Below the pieces are notes generated by a model. That model was not told the DNA's origin and made no database searches. It saw only the letters and a list, made by a program, of their open reading frames with translations. From contig CAWBBX010000101.1 of assembly GCA_963787005.1 (NCBI GenBank), positions 12,835 through 76,834 of the forward strand: 64,000 nucleotides of DNA, given 5' to 3'. Positions 45,036 through 54,911 of this stretch are shown here, piece after piece. Source of the DNA: an uncultured Bacteroidota bacterium. Lineage in GTDB: Bacteria > Bacteroidota > Ignavibacteria > Ignavibacteriales > Ignavibacteriaceae. How positions within the stretch are numbered: the stretch's first letter is position 1; each line of letters starts with the position of its first letter. Position numbers and translations under genes: made by a program.

Positions 45036-47009
45036 TTAATCAGAAAGTTCCCACGCGAGTCCGAATCTTAACCCTCTCGACGGCATCGGGTAATACGACA
45101 TGATATAGTACTGTGTGTTTAAAATATTTTCAAAGGTAAAGTAGACGGTCGCTACTTTCTGAATAATCCCCGACAATGTAAAATCCACCGAAGACGACGG
45201 ATCGATATATTCTATAATATTGCTGCCTGATGCCGTACCAAGACCCGCGATCCGCTTGCCCGTGTATTTAACAACAAACCCCGATTTAAGATTTAAGTTG
45301 TCGTTAAATAAATATCCTTCGAAATAAAGCCCTGCATTTAAATTAATTTTTGGGAAAGAATAAAAATACTCTCCCGAGTTTGCGGAAGTATAATATGCGG
45401 AACGTGTTTCCAGTTTTATATTCCACAAATGAAGATCGAGGCCCGCGCCGATGCCTGAGAGATCGACCGGCTGATAGTATCTAACCGGATCGGGCGTAAG
45501 GTAAACATTGAAGTACGTGAGATTTCTTCTGTTGAAATACCGCACGTCCAGCTTAACCGGATAAGTATTGAATTTAAATCCCGCTTCGAAGTTCTTCGTG
45601 TTTGACAGCGAAGGAGAAGAGGAGTAGGTTGAATATCCGGCGTACAGGGAAGTTAATCCAGACAGCTTAAACGTAACATCGGCGCCGGCGCCGCTGAGAT
45701 TATCATTAAGATTATACTCTCCTCTTTTGATCGACCGATTTGAGAACTTAAAATACACGGAAGGAACCAAGGAACTGTCCAAAAGATTTAAAGAAAGAAT
45801 CGGGGCAAACGAAAAAGTATTCAGATTAAAAGTTTCGTACTTGTATTCGCCGGCGGAATATGAGTCGAAGTTCATGTACGACGATTCGTAATTTGCATTT
45901 ACCTGCGCCTCAATGAATTGATAATCGAATTTCTGCTTAAGCGATGCGCCGATCGTCTTTCCGTTGTTCCCTACTTTAAATGCGGCGCCGCTGTTTTCCT
46001 GGCTCTGCGTAACTTCATCGAGATCATATTTATAATAAACGTTCAGATCCGTAAGCGCGTGTTCAACCGGGTGCGACAACATCCTTACGGCGAAGAAGTG
46101 TCCCTTAACTTTTTGGAGCCGGGTAGAAGAATATACCGGAGCCAGGCTGGGACTATATAAATAGTAGTTAATGTCCGAAGTGATCTGCTTGATGCTGTCA
46201 ACGTTCACGCCGCCGTTGAGTCCCAGCTCCGAATGAAGGAAGCCGTACTCGGCATATATATCCGTTTTGTCGGAGAGGAAGTACTTAAGCTTTACCGAAG
46301 CCTGCCAATTGCTGAAGGCGGTGTTACTGTAGTTAAAATCTACTTTCCGGTTGGATACATCGAAATAAACATTGAGCTTTTTGTAAAACCTGCTGTTAAA
46401 AAGAATGTCCAGTGAGCCTTCGCCGGAAGGTCCTTGATAATATTTAATTCTCGAATACGGTTTCTTGGAAAGAAAATCCTTCCTTATAAAATTAACCGAG
46501 ACGTTATTATCGTAAGGAGAATACAGAAATCCCCGCGGCAGAGGTATGATTTCTATGGAATCTATAGATTCCGATTGAATATTGTTGAGGTCGAGTGAGT
46601 TGGTAATACGGTTGTTGTGCAGAACGCCGTCTTCCAAGTAGCTTATACCGTTATTGCCTGAGCCGTAGATCATCGTTTCATTCGGGTACCCGATGAAGCC
46701 GTAATCTCTGATAAAATTTAAGCTGAAGTGGTTAAGAAGTCCGCCGGTATATCTGTATGCTTCTCTGTCGAATGTTTTATGGTCGATAAAATCACTTCCT
46801 TCAAAAGCCGGCCGTTGATAAATAGGGACCAGCGTATCTATCTTTATTTTATTTTTAGAAAGAAGGGAATCGCTTGCGGAAGATTTCGTCGTATCAATTT
46901 TTAAAGAATCGGAATGTAAAATAGAACCGGCACGGCGGAGTGAATCGGCCTGCTGCGGGTTTGCGTAAAGCAGAGGCATCAGCAGAAAAAATATCGGCAG
47001 AAGCTTCAT
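45036..47009 (-). CDS. large outer-membrane beta-barrel protein (TonB-dependent-receptor-like / putative porin)
   Basis: 657 aa with a signal peptide and a plug-like N-terminal segment (...DSIEIIPLPRGFLYS). Long beta-strand-like sequence follows, rich in Y/N/S/G. Confidence 0.6.
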   Translation of the reverse strand: MKLLPIFFLLMPLLYANPQQADSLRRAGSILHSDSLKIDTTKSSASDSLLSKNKIKIDTLVPIYQRPAFEGSDFIDHKTFDREAYRYTGGLLNHFSLNFIRDYGFIGYPNETMIYGSGNNGISYLEDGVLHNNRITNSLDLNNIQSESIDSIEIIPLPRGFLYSPYDNNVSVNFIRKDFLSKKPYSRIKYYQGPSGEGSLDILFNSRFYKKLNVYFDVSNRKVDFNYSNTAFSNWQASVKLKYFLSDKTDIYAEYGFLHSELGLNGGVNVDSIKQITSDINYYLYSPSLAPVYSSTRLQKVKGHFFAVRMLSHPVEHALTDLNVYYKYDLDEVTQSQENSGAAFKVGNNGKTIGASLKQKFDYQFIEAQVNANYESSYMNFDSYSAGEYKYETFNLNTFSFAPILSLNLLDSSLVPSVYFKFSNRSIKRGEYNLNDNLSGAGADVTFKLSGLTSLYAGYSTYSSSPSLSNTKNFEAGFKFNTYPVKLDVRYFNRRNLTYFNVYLTPDPVRYYQPVDLSGIGAGLDLHLWNIKLETRSAYYTSANSGEYFYSFPKINLNAGLYFEGYLFNDNLNLKSGFVVKYTGKRIAGLGTASGSNIIEYIDPSSSVDFTLSGIIQKVATVYFTFENILNTQYYIMSYYPMPSRGLRFGLAWELSD

Positions 47010-47290
47010 TTATATTTAGTTAATTATGCAAATTGAAATAACCTTCTTGAAAATAAATAATATTACTATAAGCTACAAAGCAGATTGACGTCTACGGGAT
47101 AGTTATAAGTTAGGGCGGATCGGTTTACCGGATTAAGGACTGGGAGACCCTATCGGGGGATGAGGCCGTCTGTTAGGGGCTTCCGCTTAAGAAATAAATT
47201 AAATAATGCCAAATAATATTTTCTTTTATGATAAAATATCTTTAATTTCACCTACGAAATAACAATCATTCAATAAAGAGAGGTTCAACT

Positions 47291-47587
47291 ATGGCAAACG
47301 CTAAACCAATGACCAAATCTCAAATCATTGATCACCTTTCAAAGAAAACCGGTACCACTAAAAAGCTTTCCGGTCAATTTCTTGAAGAACTTGTAACACT
47401 TGCTCACAAGGAAGCAAAAAAATCCTTCGTACTTCCTGGTTTAGGTAAATTAGTGGTAGTTAACCGGAAAAAAAGAATGGGCAGAAATCCTGCTACAGGT
47501 GAGACCATGGTTATTCCTGCTAAAAAAGTCTTGAAATTTAGAATAGCAAAAGCGGCTAAAGACGCCGTAATGCCCCCCAAAAAATAA
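47291..47587 (+). CDS. hup: HU-family DNA-binding protein
   Basis: 98 aa. GLGKLVVVNRKKRMGRNPATGETMVIPAKKVLKFR is the HU/IHF beta-arm signature. Confidence 0.9.
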   Translation: MANAKPMTKSQIIDHLSKKTGTTKKLSGQFLEELVTLAHKEAKKSFVLPGLGKLVVVNRKKRMGRNPATGETMVIPAKKVLKFRIAKAAKDAVMPPKK

Positions 47588-47608
47588 AAGCTTTACTTTT
47601 GATTAGAG

Positions 47609-47631
47609 CCCCCTTTTTAGGGGGTTTTTTA
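47609..47631 (+). terminator. Rho-independent terminator of the HU gene
   Basis: CCCCC-TTTTTA-GGGGG followed by TTTTTTATTT. Confidence 0.75.
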
Positions 47632-47720
47632 TTTCCACTGTCTCGTCCCCGGACGTTTAAAGCGTATTAATATCTTGCCTTTTTTTATTAATCTTCTATT
47701 ACTTATCTTTACCCGATCAA

Positions 47721-49481
47721 ATGAGACTTCTTTATTTATACCTCAAGCGATACTGGAAGCTCGTACTGCTTGCCTTGGTGCTCGCGGCGGTCAACCAGGT
47801 GTTTTCGCTGTTAGATCCCTATATCTACCGTATAGTAATAGATAAGTACGCTACAAAGTTCAGCCAATACACGACCGAACAATTTTTTAAAGGCGTGCTG
47901 CTTCTGCTGGGTGCCGCGGTAGGCGTGGCGTTTGTTTCAAGGCTGGCAAAGAACTTCCAGGACTATTACGTGAACGTAATTACCCAGCGGCTGGGTGCGA
48001 AGATATATAACGACGGTATCAAGCATTCTCTTGAACTTCCCTATTCCTTATTTGAAGATCAGCAGAGCGGACAAACCCTGGGAGTTCTTCAGAAAGTAAG
48101 AACGGACGTTGAAAAACTTATAACAGCGGTTATTAACACACTCTTCACTTCGCTTGTCGGAATTATTTTCGTTACCATTTACGCAATTAACGTCTACTGG
48201 CTTATAGCGCCGGTATTCTTTTCGGCCATTCCCCTTTTAGGTATTATCAGCTCGGTACTAAGCAGAAAGATTAAAAAGATACAGAAGGTAATTGTAGCAG
48301 AAACGACTGCGCTTGCCGGCACTACGACGGAGTCGCTTAGGAATATCGAACTAGTTAAAAGTCTTGGGCTAGGCCAGCAGGAGATCGAGAGGCTGAACTC
48401 AACGACGGATAAGATATTAATACTTGAGCTGAAAAAAGTAAAATACATCCGGAGCCTCAGCTTCATACAGGGTACGTGCGTAAACTTCTTACGCACATCA
48501 ATTATTTTCCTCATGCTTTACCTGATATTCATCCAGGCCATAACCGTCGGAGAGTTTTTCTCTTTGTTTCTCTATTCGTTCTTCATCTTTGGTCCGCTGC
48601 AGAGTTTGGGCGACATAATAAATACATACCGCGAGGCCGAGGTTTCGCTGAATAATTTTGAAGAGATACTAAGTCTTCCCGTGGAATCTAAGCCGGACAA
48701 GCCGGTAGCTCTCGGCACCCTTGAATCGCTAGAATTTTCAGACGTGGCGTTCAAACACCTTTCGGCGACAAACAATGCTTTGAACGGGATCAGCTTTAAA
48801 GTAAACCGCGGGGAGACGATAGCATTCGTTGGGCCGTCCGGATCGGGCAAAACTACCCTGGTAAAGCTTCTCGTCGGACTTTACCTTCCAAAAGACGGCG
48901 AGATACGTTACAACGGTTATCAGGGACAGACTATAGATTTCGACGAGCTGAGGGAAAAGATAGGATTCGTTACTCAGGATACGCAGCTCTTCGCCGGAAC
49001 AATTAAAGAGAATCTTTTATTCGTTAATCCGGGTGCTAGCGATGAGGAATGCCTCGATGTTTTGAACAAAGCCGCGTGCGGGAACCTTCTGGCCAGGGCC
49101 GACAACGGACTTGACTCAATGATTGGAGAAGGCGGTGTAAAAGTTTCGGGAGGTGAGAAACAGCGACTCTCCATCGCGAGGGCACTGCTGAGAAGGCCGA
49201 ATATTCTAGTATTCGACGAAGCTACATCCGCACTCGATTCCCTCACCGAGGAAGAGATAAGCAAGACGATAAGAGATGTCTCCGGTAAAAAAGATCTTAT
49301 TACCATTCTCATCGCACACAGGCTTTCGACGGTTCTTCACGCGGATAAGATATTCGTGCTCGAGAAGGGAAGGATGATCGAGTCGGGTACGCACGAAAAG
49401 CTGCTCGAGCTTAAAGGACTTTATTACGCTATGTGGCGTCAGCAGATCGGCGAGCGTGAAAGAGAGACTTATACCGCTTAG
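47721..49481 (+). CDS. ABC exporter, fused permease/ATPase (MsbA/multidrug type)
   Basis: Six-TM N-terminal half, Walker A GPSGSGKTT, signature VSGGEKQR, Walker B ILVFDEATS. Confidence 0.9.
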   Translation: MRLLYLYLKRYWKLVLLALVLAAVNQVFSLLDPYIYRIVIDKYATKFSQYTTEQFFKGVLLLLGAAVGVAFVSRLAKNFQDYYVNVITQRLGAKIYNDGIKHSLELPYSLFEDQQSGQTLGVLQKVRTDVEKLITAVINTLFTSLVGIIFVTIYAINVYWLIAPVFFSAIPLLGIISSVLSRKIKKIQKVIVAETTALAGTTTESLRNIELVKSLGLGQQEIERLNSTTDKILILELKKVKYIRSLSFIQGTCVNFLRTSIIFLMLYLIFIQAITVGEFFSLFLYSFFIFGPLQSLGDIINTYREAEVSLNNFEEILSLPVESKPDKPVALGTLESLEFSDVAFKHLSATNNALNGISFKVNRGETIAFVGPSGSGKTTLVKLLVGLYLPKDGEIRYNGYQGQTIDFDELREKIGFVTQDTQLFAGTIKENLLFVNPGASDEECLDVLNKAACGNLLARADNGLDSMIGEGGVKVSGGEKQRLSIARALLRRPNILVFDEATSALDSLTEEEISKTIRDVSGKKDLITILIAHRLSTVLHADKIFVLEKGRMIESGTHEKLLELKGLYYAMWRQQIGERERETYTA

Positions 49482-49484
49482 TAC

Positions 49485-49565
49485 CCGTAGCGCGGACCAC
49501 CGGTCTGCGCATTTGAAATTTTTTAACCTTTATACATACGCGGACCGGTGGTCTGCGTTACGGGA
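49485..49565. repeat. inverted REP doublet (REPIN-like)
   Basis: CCC-GTAGCGCGGACCACCGGTCTGCGC, a 27-nt spacer, then ACGCGGACCGGTGGTCTGCGTTAC-GGG. Same family as 25001-25108. Confidence 0.6.
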
Positions 49566-49587
49566 AAAACATTTACGGACTTAATAT

Positions 49588-51990
49588 ATGAAAAAGCACT
49601 TCCGCCCGGCTCTAATAATTTTATATTTTGTTATTATTTTTTCTACAACCGTATCGGCGCAAAATCGGAAAATAGCTGATATTATCCGTCCGATTCGTCT
49701 GACAGCCGGCGTTGGTGATTCGGTTCTCGTAAGCGATCTTTTTTATGCGGATAATTACAACGTTAAATTTTATAAATCGCATGATGTTCAAACTGACTAC
49801 AATAAAAAAAGTAATGTCCTATACCTTAAACCCGATTCAAACTTTGAAGGCATCGGATTAATTAAATTCTCATTAGACGGTAATGATTATTCGATTCCTT
49901 TTATTTCCGGCATCAAAACCGTATACGAATTCAAGTACCGTACTGACAGAAATCCCAAGAAGGTAAATTTGTTCGGCAGCTTCAACGGATGGAACAGGGA
50001 CAATCTTCCTATGACAAATAAAGGCGGCGGAAATTACGATATAAAGGTGCCTCTCGATCCCGGCAGGTACGAGTACAAGTTTTACGTCGACGGCAAAGAG
50101 CTGATCGATCCCGCTAATCCCGATACGGTTCCCAACGGCCTGGGAGGAATAAACTCCGTGATCACCGTAAAGCCCAGGCATTCCGATTACATCTATCTTC
50201 ACATATTCGGCAAGAAGATATCGGCCGGTACCCTCACGCTCGGCTATTATTTTGAAAAAGAAAATTTTAACTCGCGTCTTAACTACGATAACATAATTGC
50301 TCTTATTGACAATAACCGTATTCCGCCGGCTCAAATTAAAATAATAGGAAACAAAATAGATCTTGTCTTCAAACAAGATTCAATAAATCCCGACGCGGTA
50401 ATAAGGCTCGCCGTTAATTCCGGAGACGAACATTCCAACATTCAAACTGTGTTTCTTAATAACTGCGTTCCGGCCGGCGGTGAAAAGAATATCAGGCTTC
50501 ACGATCAGATCATTTATTCAATAATGACAGACCGTTTTTACGACGGAGACAAAAGCAACGATAAGCCGGTCGTTATGCCCGGCCTTTCTAAAAAAGCGAA
50601 TTACCAGGGCGGAGACTTCCAGGGGATAATCGATAAGATTAATTCCGGGTATTTCGATTCCCTCGGGGTTAATACCTTGTGGATATCGCCGGTGGTGGAC
50701 AATCCCGACAGCGCTTACCGTGAATCGCCTCCGCCGCATAGATACTACACCGGATACCACGGCTATTGGCCTCTCCACGTTGACAGCATTGAGGAACATT
50801 TCGGCACGATGGCTCTTCTAAAAAAACTTGTGGCCGATGCCCACAAGCACGACATTAAAATTCTGCTGGATTACGTTTCTCATCACGTATTTAAAGAAAA
50901 CCCTATTTATAAAAATCATCGTGATTGGTTCGGCAACCTTTATCTTCCCGACGGAAGCATGAACCTGAGAATGTGGGACGATCACAGACTTACTACATGG
51001 TTCGAGCCGTACCTTCCTACATTCGACTACATTCACTCCGAAAAAGCCAGGGAGTTCATGACGGACAACGCCGTCTGGCTTTTAAAGGAAACAGGCGCCG
51101 ACGGCTTCAGGCACGACGCTGTTAAGCACGTGCCCAACGTCTTCTGGAGAACACTTACTAAAAAATTAAAACGCAATATAGAGATTCCCAACAAACGAAA
51201 CATTTACCAGATAGGTGAAACTTTCGGAAGCTACAATCTCGTCGATTCATATGTTAATAACGGCCAGCTCAACGCGCAGTTCGACTTTAATCTATACGAT
51301 ACGGCAATCCCCACCTTCATCGATAAAAACGGATCGTTCGTAAATCTTGCCGCCGCTCTTCATAAATCCTTCGCAGTGTACGGTGTAAATAATTTGATGG
51401 GCAACATAATGGACAGTCACGATAAGGTTAGGTTTATGGCTTACGCCGACGGCGACGTACCGCTGAACGGCGGAAACGCGGCCGAGATAGGCTGGGATAA
51501 TCCGCCTCACGTCGATCACAGATCAAGCTATAAGAAACTAGAGCTGTACATGGCGTATATGCTTACTATACCGGGTGTACCGGTTATCGATTACGGCGAT
51601 GAGATCGGGATGACAGGCGCCGCCGACCCGGACAACAGGAGAATGATGCGCTTCGGAAATGATCTGGATAAATGGGAGCGCGAAACCTTGCAAATAGTAA
51701 GAGAGATCCTAAAAACAAGGAACCGTAATTCCGCTTTGAGATACGGCGACTTTCAAACGATACAGGACAGCAAAGATACTTTCGTTTATCTCAGGTCCGA
51801 TATGAACGAGAGAGTTTTAGTATGCCTGAATAAATCTGATTCACCCGGAAATTTTAATATAAGTCTCCCCCATTATTATAATATAAAATTAGCCGAGGAC
51901 GCAGTAAGCGGAAAAAGGATGGAGCTTAAAGAAAATATGATTAAATTTACGGTACCGGGAACTGGTTTCCGTATCTTAAAATTAAGATAA
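49588..51990 (+). CDS. secreted GH13 alpha-amylase-family enzyme with an N-terminal E-set/CBM48-like domain
   Basis: Signal peptide. VNLFGSFNGWN...YEYKFYVDG (CBM48/AMPK-beta-like). GH13 regions DYVSHH, GADGFRHDAVKH, IGETF, MDSHD. Confidence 0.88.
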   Translation: MKKHFRPALIILYFVIIFSTTVSAQNRKIADIIRPIRLTAGVGDSVLVSDLFYADNYNVKFYKSHDVQTDYNKKSNVLYLKPDSNFEGIGLIKFSLDGNDYSIPFISGIKTVYEFKYRTDRNPKKVNLFGSFNGWNRDNLPMTNKGGGNYDIKVPLDPGRYEYKFYVDGKELIDPANPDTVPNGLGGINSVITVKPRHSDYIYLHIFGKKISAGTLTLGYYFEKENFNSRLNYDNIIALIDNNRIPPAQIKIIGNKIDLVFKQDSINPDAVIRLAVNSGDEHSNIQTVFLNNCVPAGGEKNIRLHDQIIYSIMTDRFYDGDKSNDKPVVMPGLSKKANYQGGDFQGIIDKINSGYFDSLGVNTLWISPVVDNPDSAYRESPPPHRYYTGYHGYWPLHVDSIEEHFGTMALLKKLVADAHKHDIKILLDYVSHHVFKENPIYKNHRDWFGNLYLPDGSMNLRMWDDHRLTTWFEPYLPTFDYIHSEKAREFMTDNAVWLLKETGADGFRHDAVKHVPNVFWRTLTKKLKRNIEIPNKRNIYQIGETFGSYNLVDSYVNNGQLNAQFDFNLYDTAIPTFIDKNGSFVNLAAALHKSFAVYGVNNLMGNIMDSHDKVRFMAYADGDVPLNGGNAAEIGWDNPPHVDHRSSYKKLELYMAYMLTIPGVPVIDYGDEIGMTGAADPDNRRMMRFGNDLDKWERETLQIVREILKTRNRNSALRYGDFQTIQDSKDTFVYLRSDMNERVLVCLNKSDSPGNFNISLPHYYNIKLAEDAVSGKRMELKENMIKFTVPGTGFRILKLR

Positions 51991-52070
51991 AATTTCTCGC
52001 AATTAATAATCGACCGTTATAATTTGATAGTAATATTTAATCCTTTTTATTTTACTGGAGGTAAAGCCCG

Positions 52071-52457
52071 ATGAGCAGGATATCTATAATCCTAGGTGCA
52101 GCCCTTATAATTATCGGCTTAGGAAATTTCCTGGGATCGAGAGTCTCTGACTCTACGGCTTTAACACCTGCAGCCCTGGGCGCCGCACTCGTATTACTCG
52201 GATGGACGGTCAGGCATCAGCAGTATGCAAGACGATCTATTTATATTGCCGCCGTGCTTACCGCGCTGGGATTCTTCGGTGCAGGTCTTAGAGTGCTGTC
52301 CGTGTTGCTGGGAAATGCTCGAACGATTAATAACTCGAACCTGACTTTGGAAATCGCGATGACATTAATATGCGCGGCCTATGTCGGCTTGTCAGTTAAA
52401 TATTTATTTGAATACAGGGGAATTAAAAGGAAACAGGGAAGAGAAAAATCTCACTGA
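52071..52457 (+). CDS. hypothetical membrane protein
   Basis: 128 aa with about four hydrophobic segments. No recognisable family. Confidence 0.5.
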   Translation: MSRISIILGAALIIIGLGNFLGSRVSDSTALTPAALGAALVLLGWTVRHQQYARRSIYIAAVLTALGFFGAGLRVLSVLLGNARTINNSNLTLEIAMTLICAAYVGLSVKYLFEYRGIKRKQGREKSH

Positions 52458-52474
52458 TTTATTTCCCGGCCGTT

Positions 52475-53704
52475 ATGAATGAATTAATAGAAAAATACGT
52501 AAAGCTTGTTCTTTCGATCGGGCAGATCGATCCCGATTACGTCGACGCGTATTATGGACCTGCTAAATGGAGCGCCGAAACATCTCAGCGTTCAAACGAC
52601 AAAGAGTTTTCAATTAAAAAACTTATCGATGAAGCGAATGATATTATTGATAGCCTGGACAATATTAAATACGGAAAAGAACGCAGTTTAGAAGCGCTCC
52701 GCTTAAAGTTTTTTAAGAAACAAATGACCGCCGTTAAGGGAAGACTTTTTATGCTCGGCGGAAGTTCGTATTCGTTCGACGAAGAAAGCAGGATGCTATA
52801 CGACGCAACAGCCCCGACATATCCCGAGGAATATTTCAAATCCGTTCTTAACAAAATGGATCTGCTGCTGTCCGGCGGCGGCAATCTCATCGACAAGCTT
52901 GAGGATTTCAGAAAATCGTTTACCATCCCGAAAGATAAAGTTTCCGATGTATTCAACGCGGCAATAGACGAGTGCAGAAGAATTACGCAGAAGTACATTC
53001 CGCTGCCCGCGAACGAAAGTTTTCGCCTAGAGTACGTAACGGATAAGCCGTGGAGCGGGTACAACTGGTACAAAGGAAATTCATTCAGCTTAATACAAGT
53101 AAATTTAGATCTGCCGATCTTTATAGAACGAGCGGTGGAGCTTGCCGCGCACGAAGGATATCCGGGTCATCATGTTTATAATTCTCTTCTCGAAAAAGAA
53201 ATGGTAAATAAAAAAGAGTGGCTCGAGTTTACAGTGTACCCGTTATTCAGTCCGCAGTCGCTCATCGCGGAAGGAACCGCCAACTACGGCGTAAAGATGT
53301 CAATGCCCGGAGAGTCGAGGATTGATTTCGAAAAAGAAGTACTGTTCCCTATTGCAGGCCTCGATCCTGCCGAAGCCGGAAGATATTATGAGATTCTTGA
53401 ATTGACCGAAAAAATAAGCTATGCCGGTAACGAGGCCGCGAGAAATTATCTCGACGGAAAATGGAGCGGCAGAAAAACTGCCGATTGGCTTATCGAGTAC
53501 GGCCTTATGTCGCCCGAAAGAGCTGCTCAACGTTTGAAGTTTATAGAAAAATACCGAAGCTACGTTATAAATTATAACCTCGGACAGGATATAATAAAAT
53601 CTTATATTGAAAAAGCTCTTCCCGAAAAAAACAGTTCGGCCGAAAAGTGGAAAAAGTTTAGATATATTATTTCAACTCCGCAAACGCCGTCGGGACTTAT
53701 GTAA
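52475..53704 (+). CDS. hypothetical protein with an HEGYPGHH motif (DUF885-like putative metallohydrolase)
   Basis: 409 aa. The AAHEGYPGHH motif resembles the DUF885 HExxPGHH signature. The protein is shorter than I expect for DUF885 proteins. Confidence 0.5.
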   Translation: MNELIEKYVKLVLSIGQIDPDYVDAYYGPAKWSAETSQRSNDKEFSIKKLIDEANDIIDSLDNIKYGKERSLEALRLKFFKKQMTAVKGRLFMLGGSSYSFDEESRMLYDATAPTYPEEYFKSVLNKMDLLLSGGGNLIDKLEDFRKSFTIPKDKVSDVFNAAIDECRRITQKYIPLPANESFRLEYVTDKPWSGYNWYKGNSFSLIQVNLDLPIFIERAVELAAHEGYPGHHVYNSLLEKEMVNKKEWLEFTVYPLFSPQSLIAEGTANYGVKMSMPGESRIDFEKEVLFPIAGLDPAEAGRYYEILELTEKISYAGNEAARNYLDGKWSGRKTADWLIEYGLMSPERAAQRLKFIEKYRSYVINYNLGQDIIKSYIEKALPEKNSSAEKWKKFRYIISTPQTPSGLM

Positions 53705-53756
53705 AGAGCGTCTTGATATTAATTACGTAATTGCCGTATAATTAAAAAACTTTTTT

Positions 53757-54911
53757 ATGGCAAAAAATATAACGACCGACTCGACGATAAAATTTTTTGT
53801 TACGGTAATCGGTATAGCCGTCATAGCCCTTATACTCCGCGAGCTTGCTCATATCTTTATTCCGTTCGTTATAGCCTACCTGCTGTATTTTCTTTTTTCG
53901 CCTATGAATTCCTTCCTCGAGAAGGAAAAATTCCCGATGGGACTTATAGTGCTTGCGGATATCCTGATCATCGCACTAATAACCTGGGGAATTTCATCTT
54001 TTATAATTGGTTCATTCTTAAGGTTCGGCGAACAGGTTCCCTTGTACGCCGATAAGCTGAACACTATAATCTCAGCGGCTTCCGTTTCTCTCGGCATTAA
54101 CGATCCCTTCTTCAGAAATTTCTCGATACAGAAACTCATCGCCGGAATAGATTACCAGCTGCTCGCCGGCGGAATCTTTTCCTCCACATTTTCCATACTC
54201 GGGAACATCCTCTTCATACTGTTTTTCTTTATTTTCGTGGCTTCCGGACATAATACAATATACGAAGCCATAAAAAATCGCTACGTAATTAAAAAGGTGA
54301 AGCCGGAGCTGAAGAAGATCAAAAAGAAATACCAAAGTACAGAAACCGCGGTCGATACCGATCTCGATCAATGGATAAACGATAAGGTGAACATAGAAAG
54401 ACAGAGCAAAGAAGAGAAGCTGGAGAAAACGTTCAGGGCAATTACAGGACAAATTCAAAGATATATTATAATGAAGATCGCCGTCAATCTTTCCGCCGCG
54501 ATTATTATAACGGTAGTGCTCGCTTTGTTCGGTATCGATTTCCCTATCATCTGGGGACTCTTCGCATTCCTATTCAACTTTATCCCCACTATCGGCTCGG
54601 CTATCGCACTGATACTGCCGACGCTAATGGCCTTGGTGCAATACGAATCGATCGGCTACGCAGTATTGATCGCCGCGATCCTCGGCGGCATTCAAACCGT
54701 TTTCTTCAGCCTCATAGAGACGAGTCTGATCGGAAAACGACTTAACCTGAATCCGCTTTTAATACTTTTGTCGGTTTTGGTCTGGGGCTACATCTGGGGA
54801 GTTGTCGGTATGCTGCTTTCTGTTCCGCTTACCGCTATCATAAAAATAGTTATTTCGAATTCTAGTTCTAAGAACCTCAAATTCATTTCGGAGTTGATGG
54901 GCAAGGATTAA
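53757..54911 (+). CDS. AI-2E family transporter (UPF0118/PerM-like)
   Basis: Multi-TM. FNFIPTIGSAIA and LSVPLTA motifs are characteristic of the family. Confidence 0.8.
   Translation: MAKNITTDSTIKFFVTVIGIAVIALILRELAHIFIPFVIAYLLYFLFSPMNSFLEKEKFPMGLIVLADILIIALITWGISSFIIGSFLRFGEQVPLYADKLNTIISAASVSLGINDPFFRNFSIQKLIAGIDYQLLAGGIFSSTFSILGNILFILFFFIFVASGHNTIYEAIKNRYVIKKVKPELKKIKKKYQSTETAVDTDLDQWINDKVNIERQSKEEKLEKTFRAITGQIQRYIIMKIAVNLSAAIIITVVLALFGIDFPIIWGLFAFLFNFIPTIGSAIALILPTLMALVQYESIGYAVLIAAILGGIQTVFFSLIETSLIGKRLNLNPLLILLSVLVWGYIWGVVGMLLSVPLTAIIKIVISNSSSKNLKFISELMGKD

Noticed and set aside
47010-47290. A GC-rich island (about 47085-47200) in the divergent region between the large OMP gene and HU. 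I considered a riboswitch, e.g. cobalamin, upstream of a TonB-dependent-receptor-like gene.
   Set aside because: I could not find a B12-box-like sequence or any other riboswitch core motif on either strand, and no convincing helices. It is left unannotated. A covariance-model scan (Rfam) would settle it.
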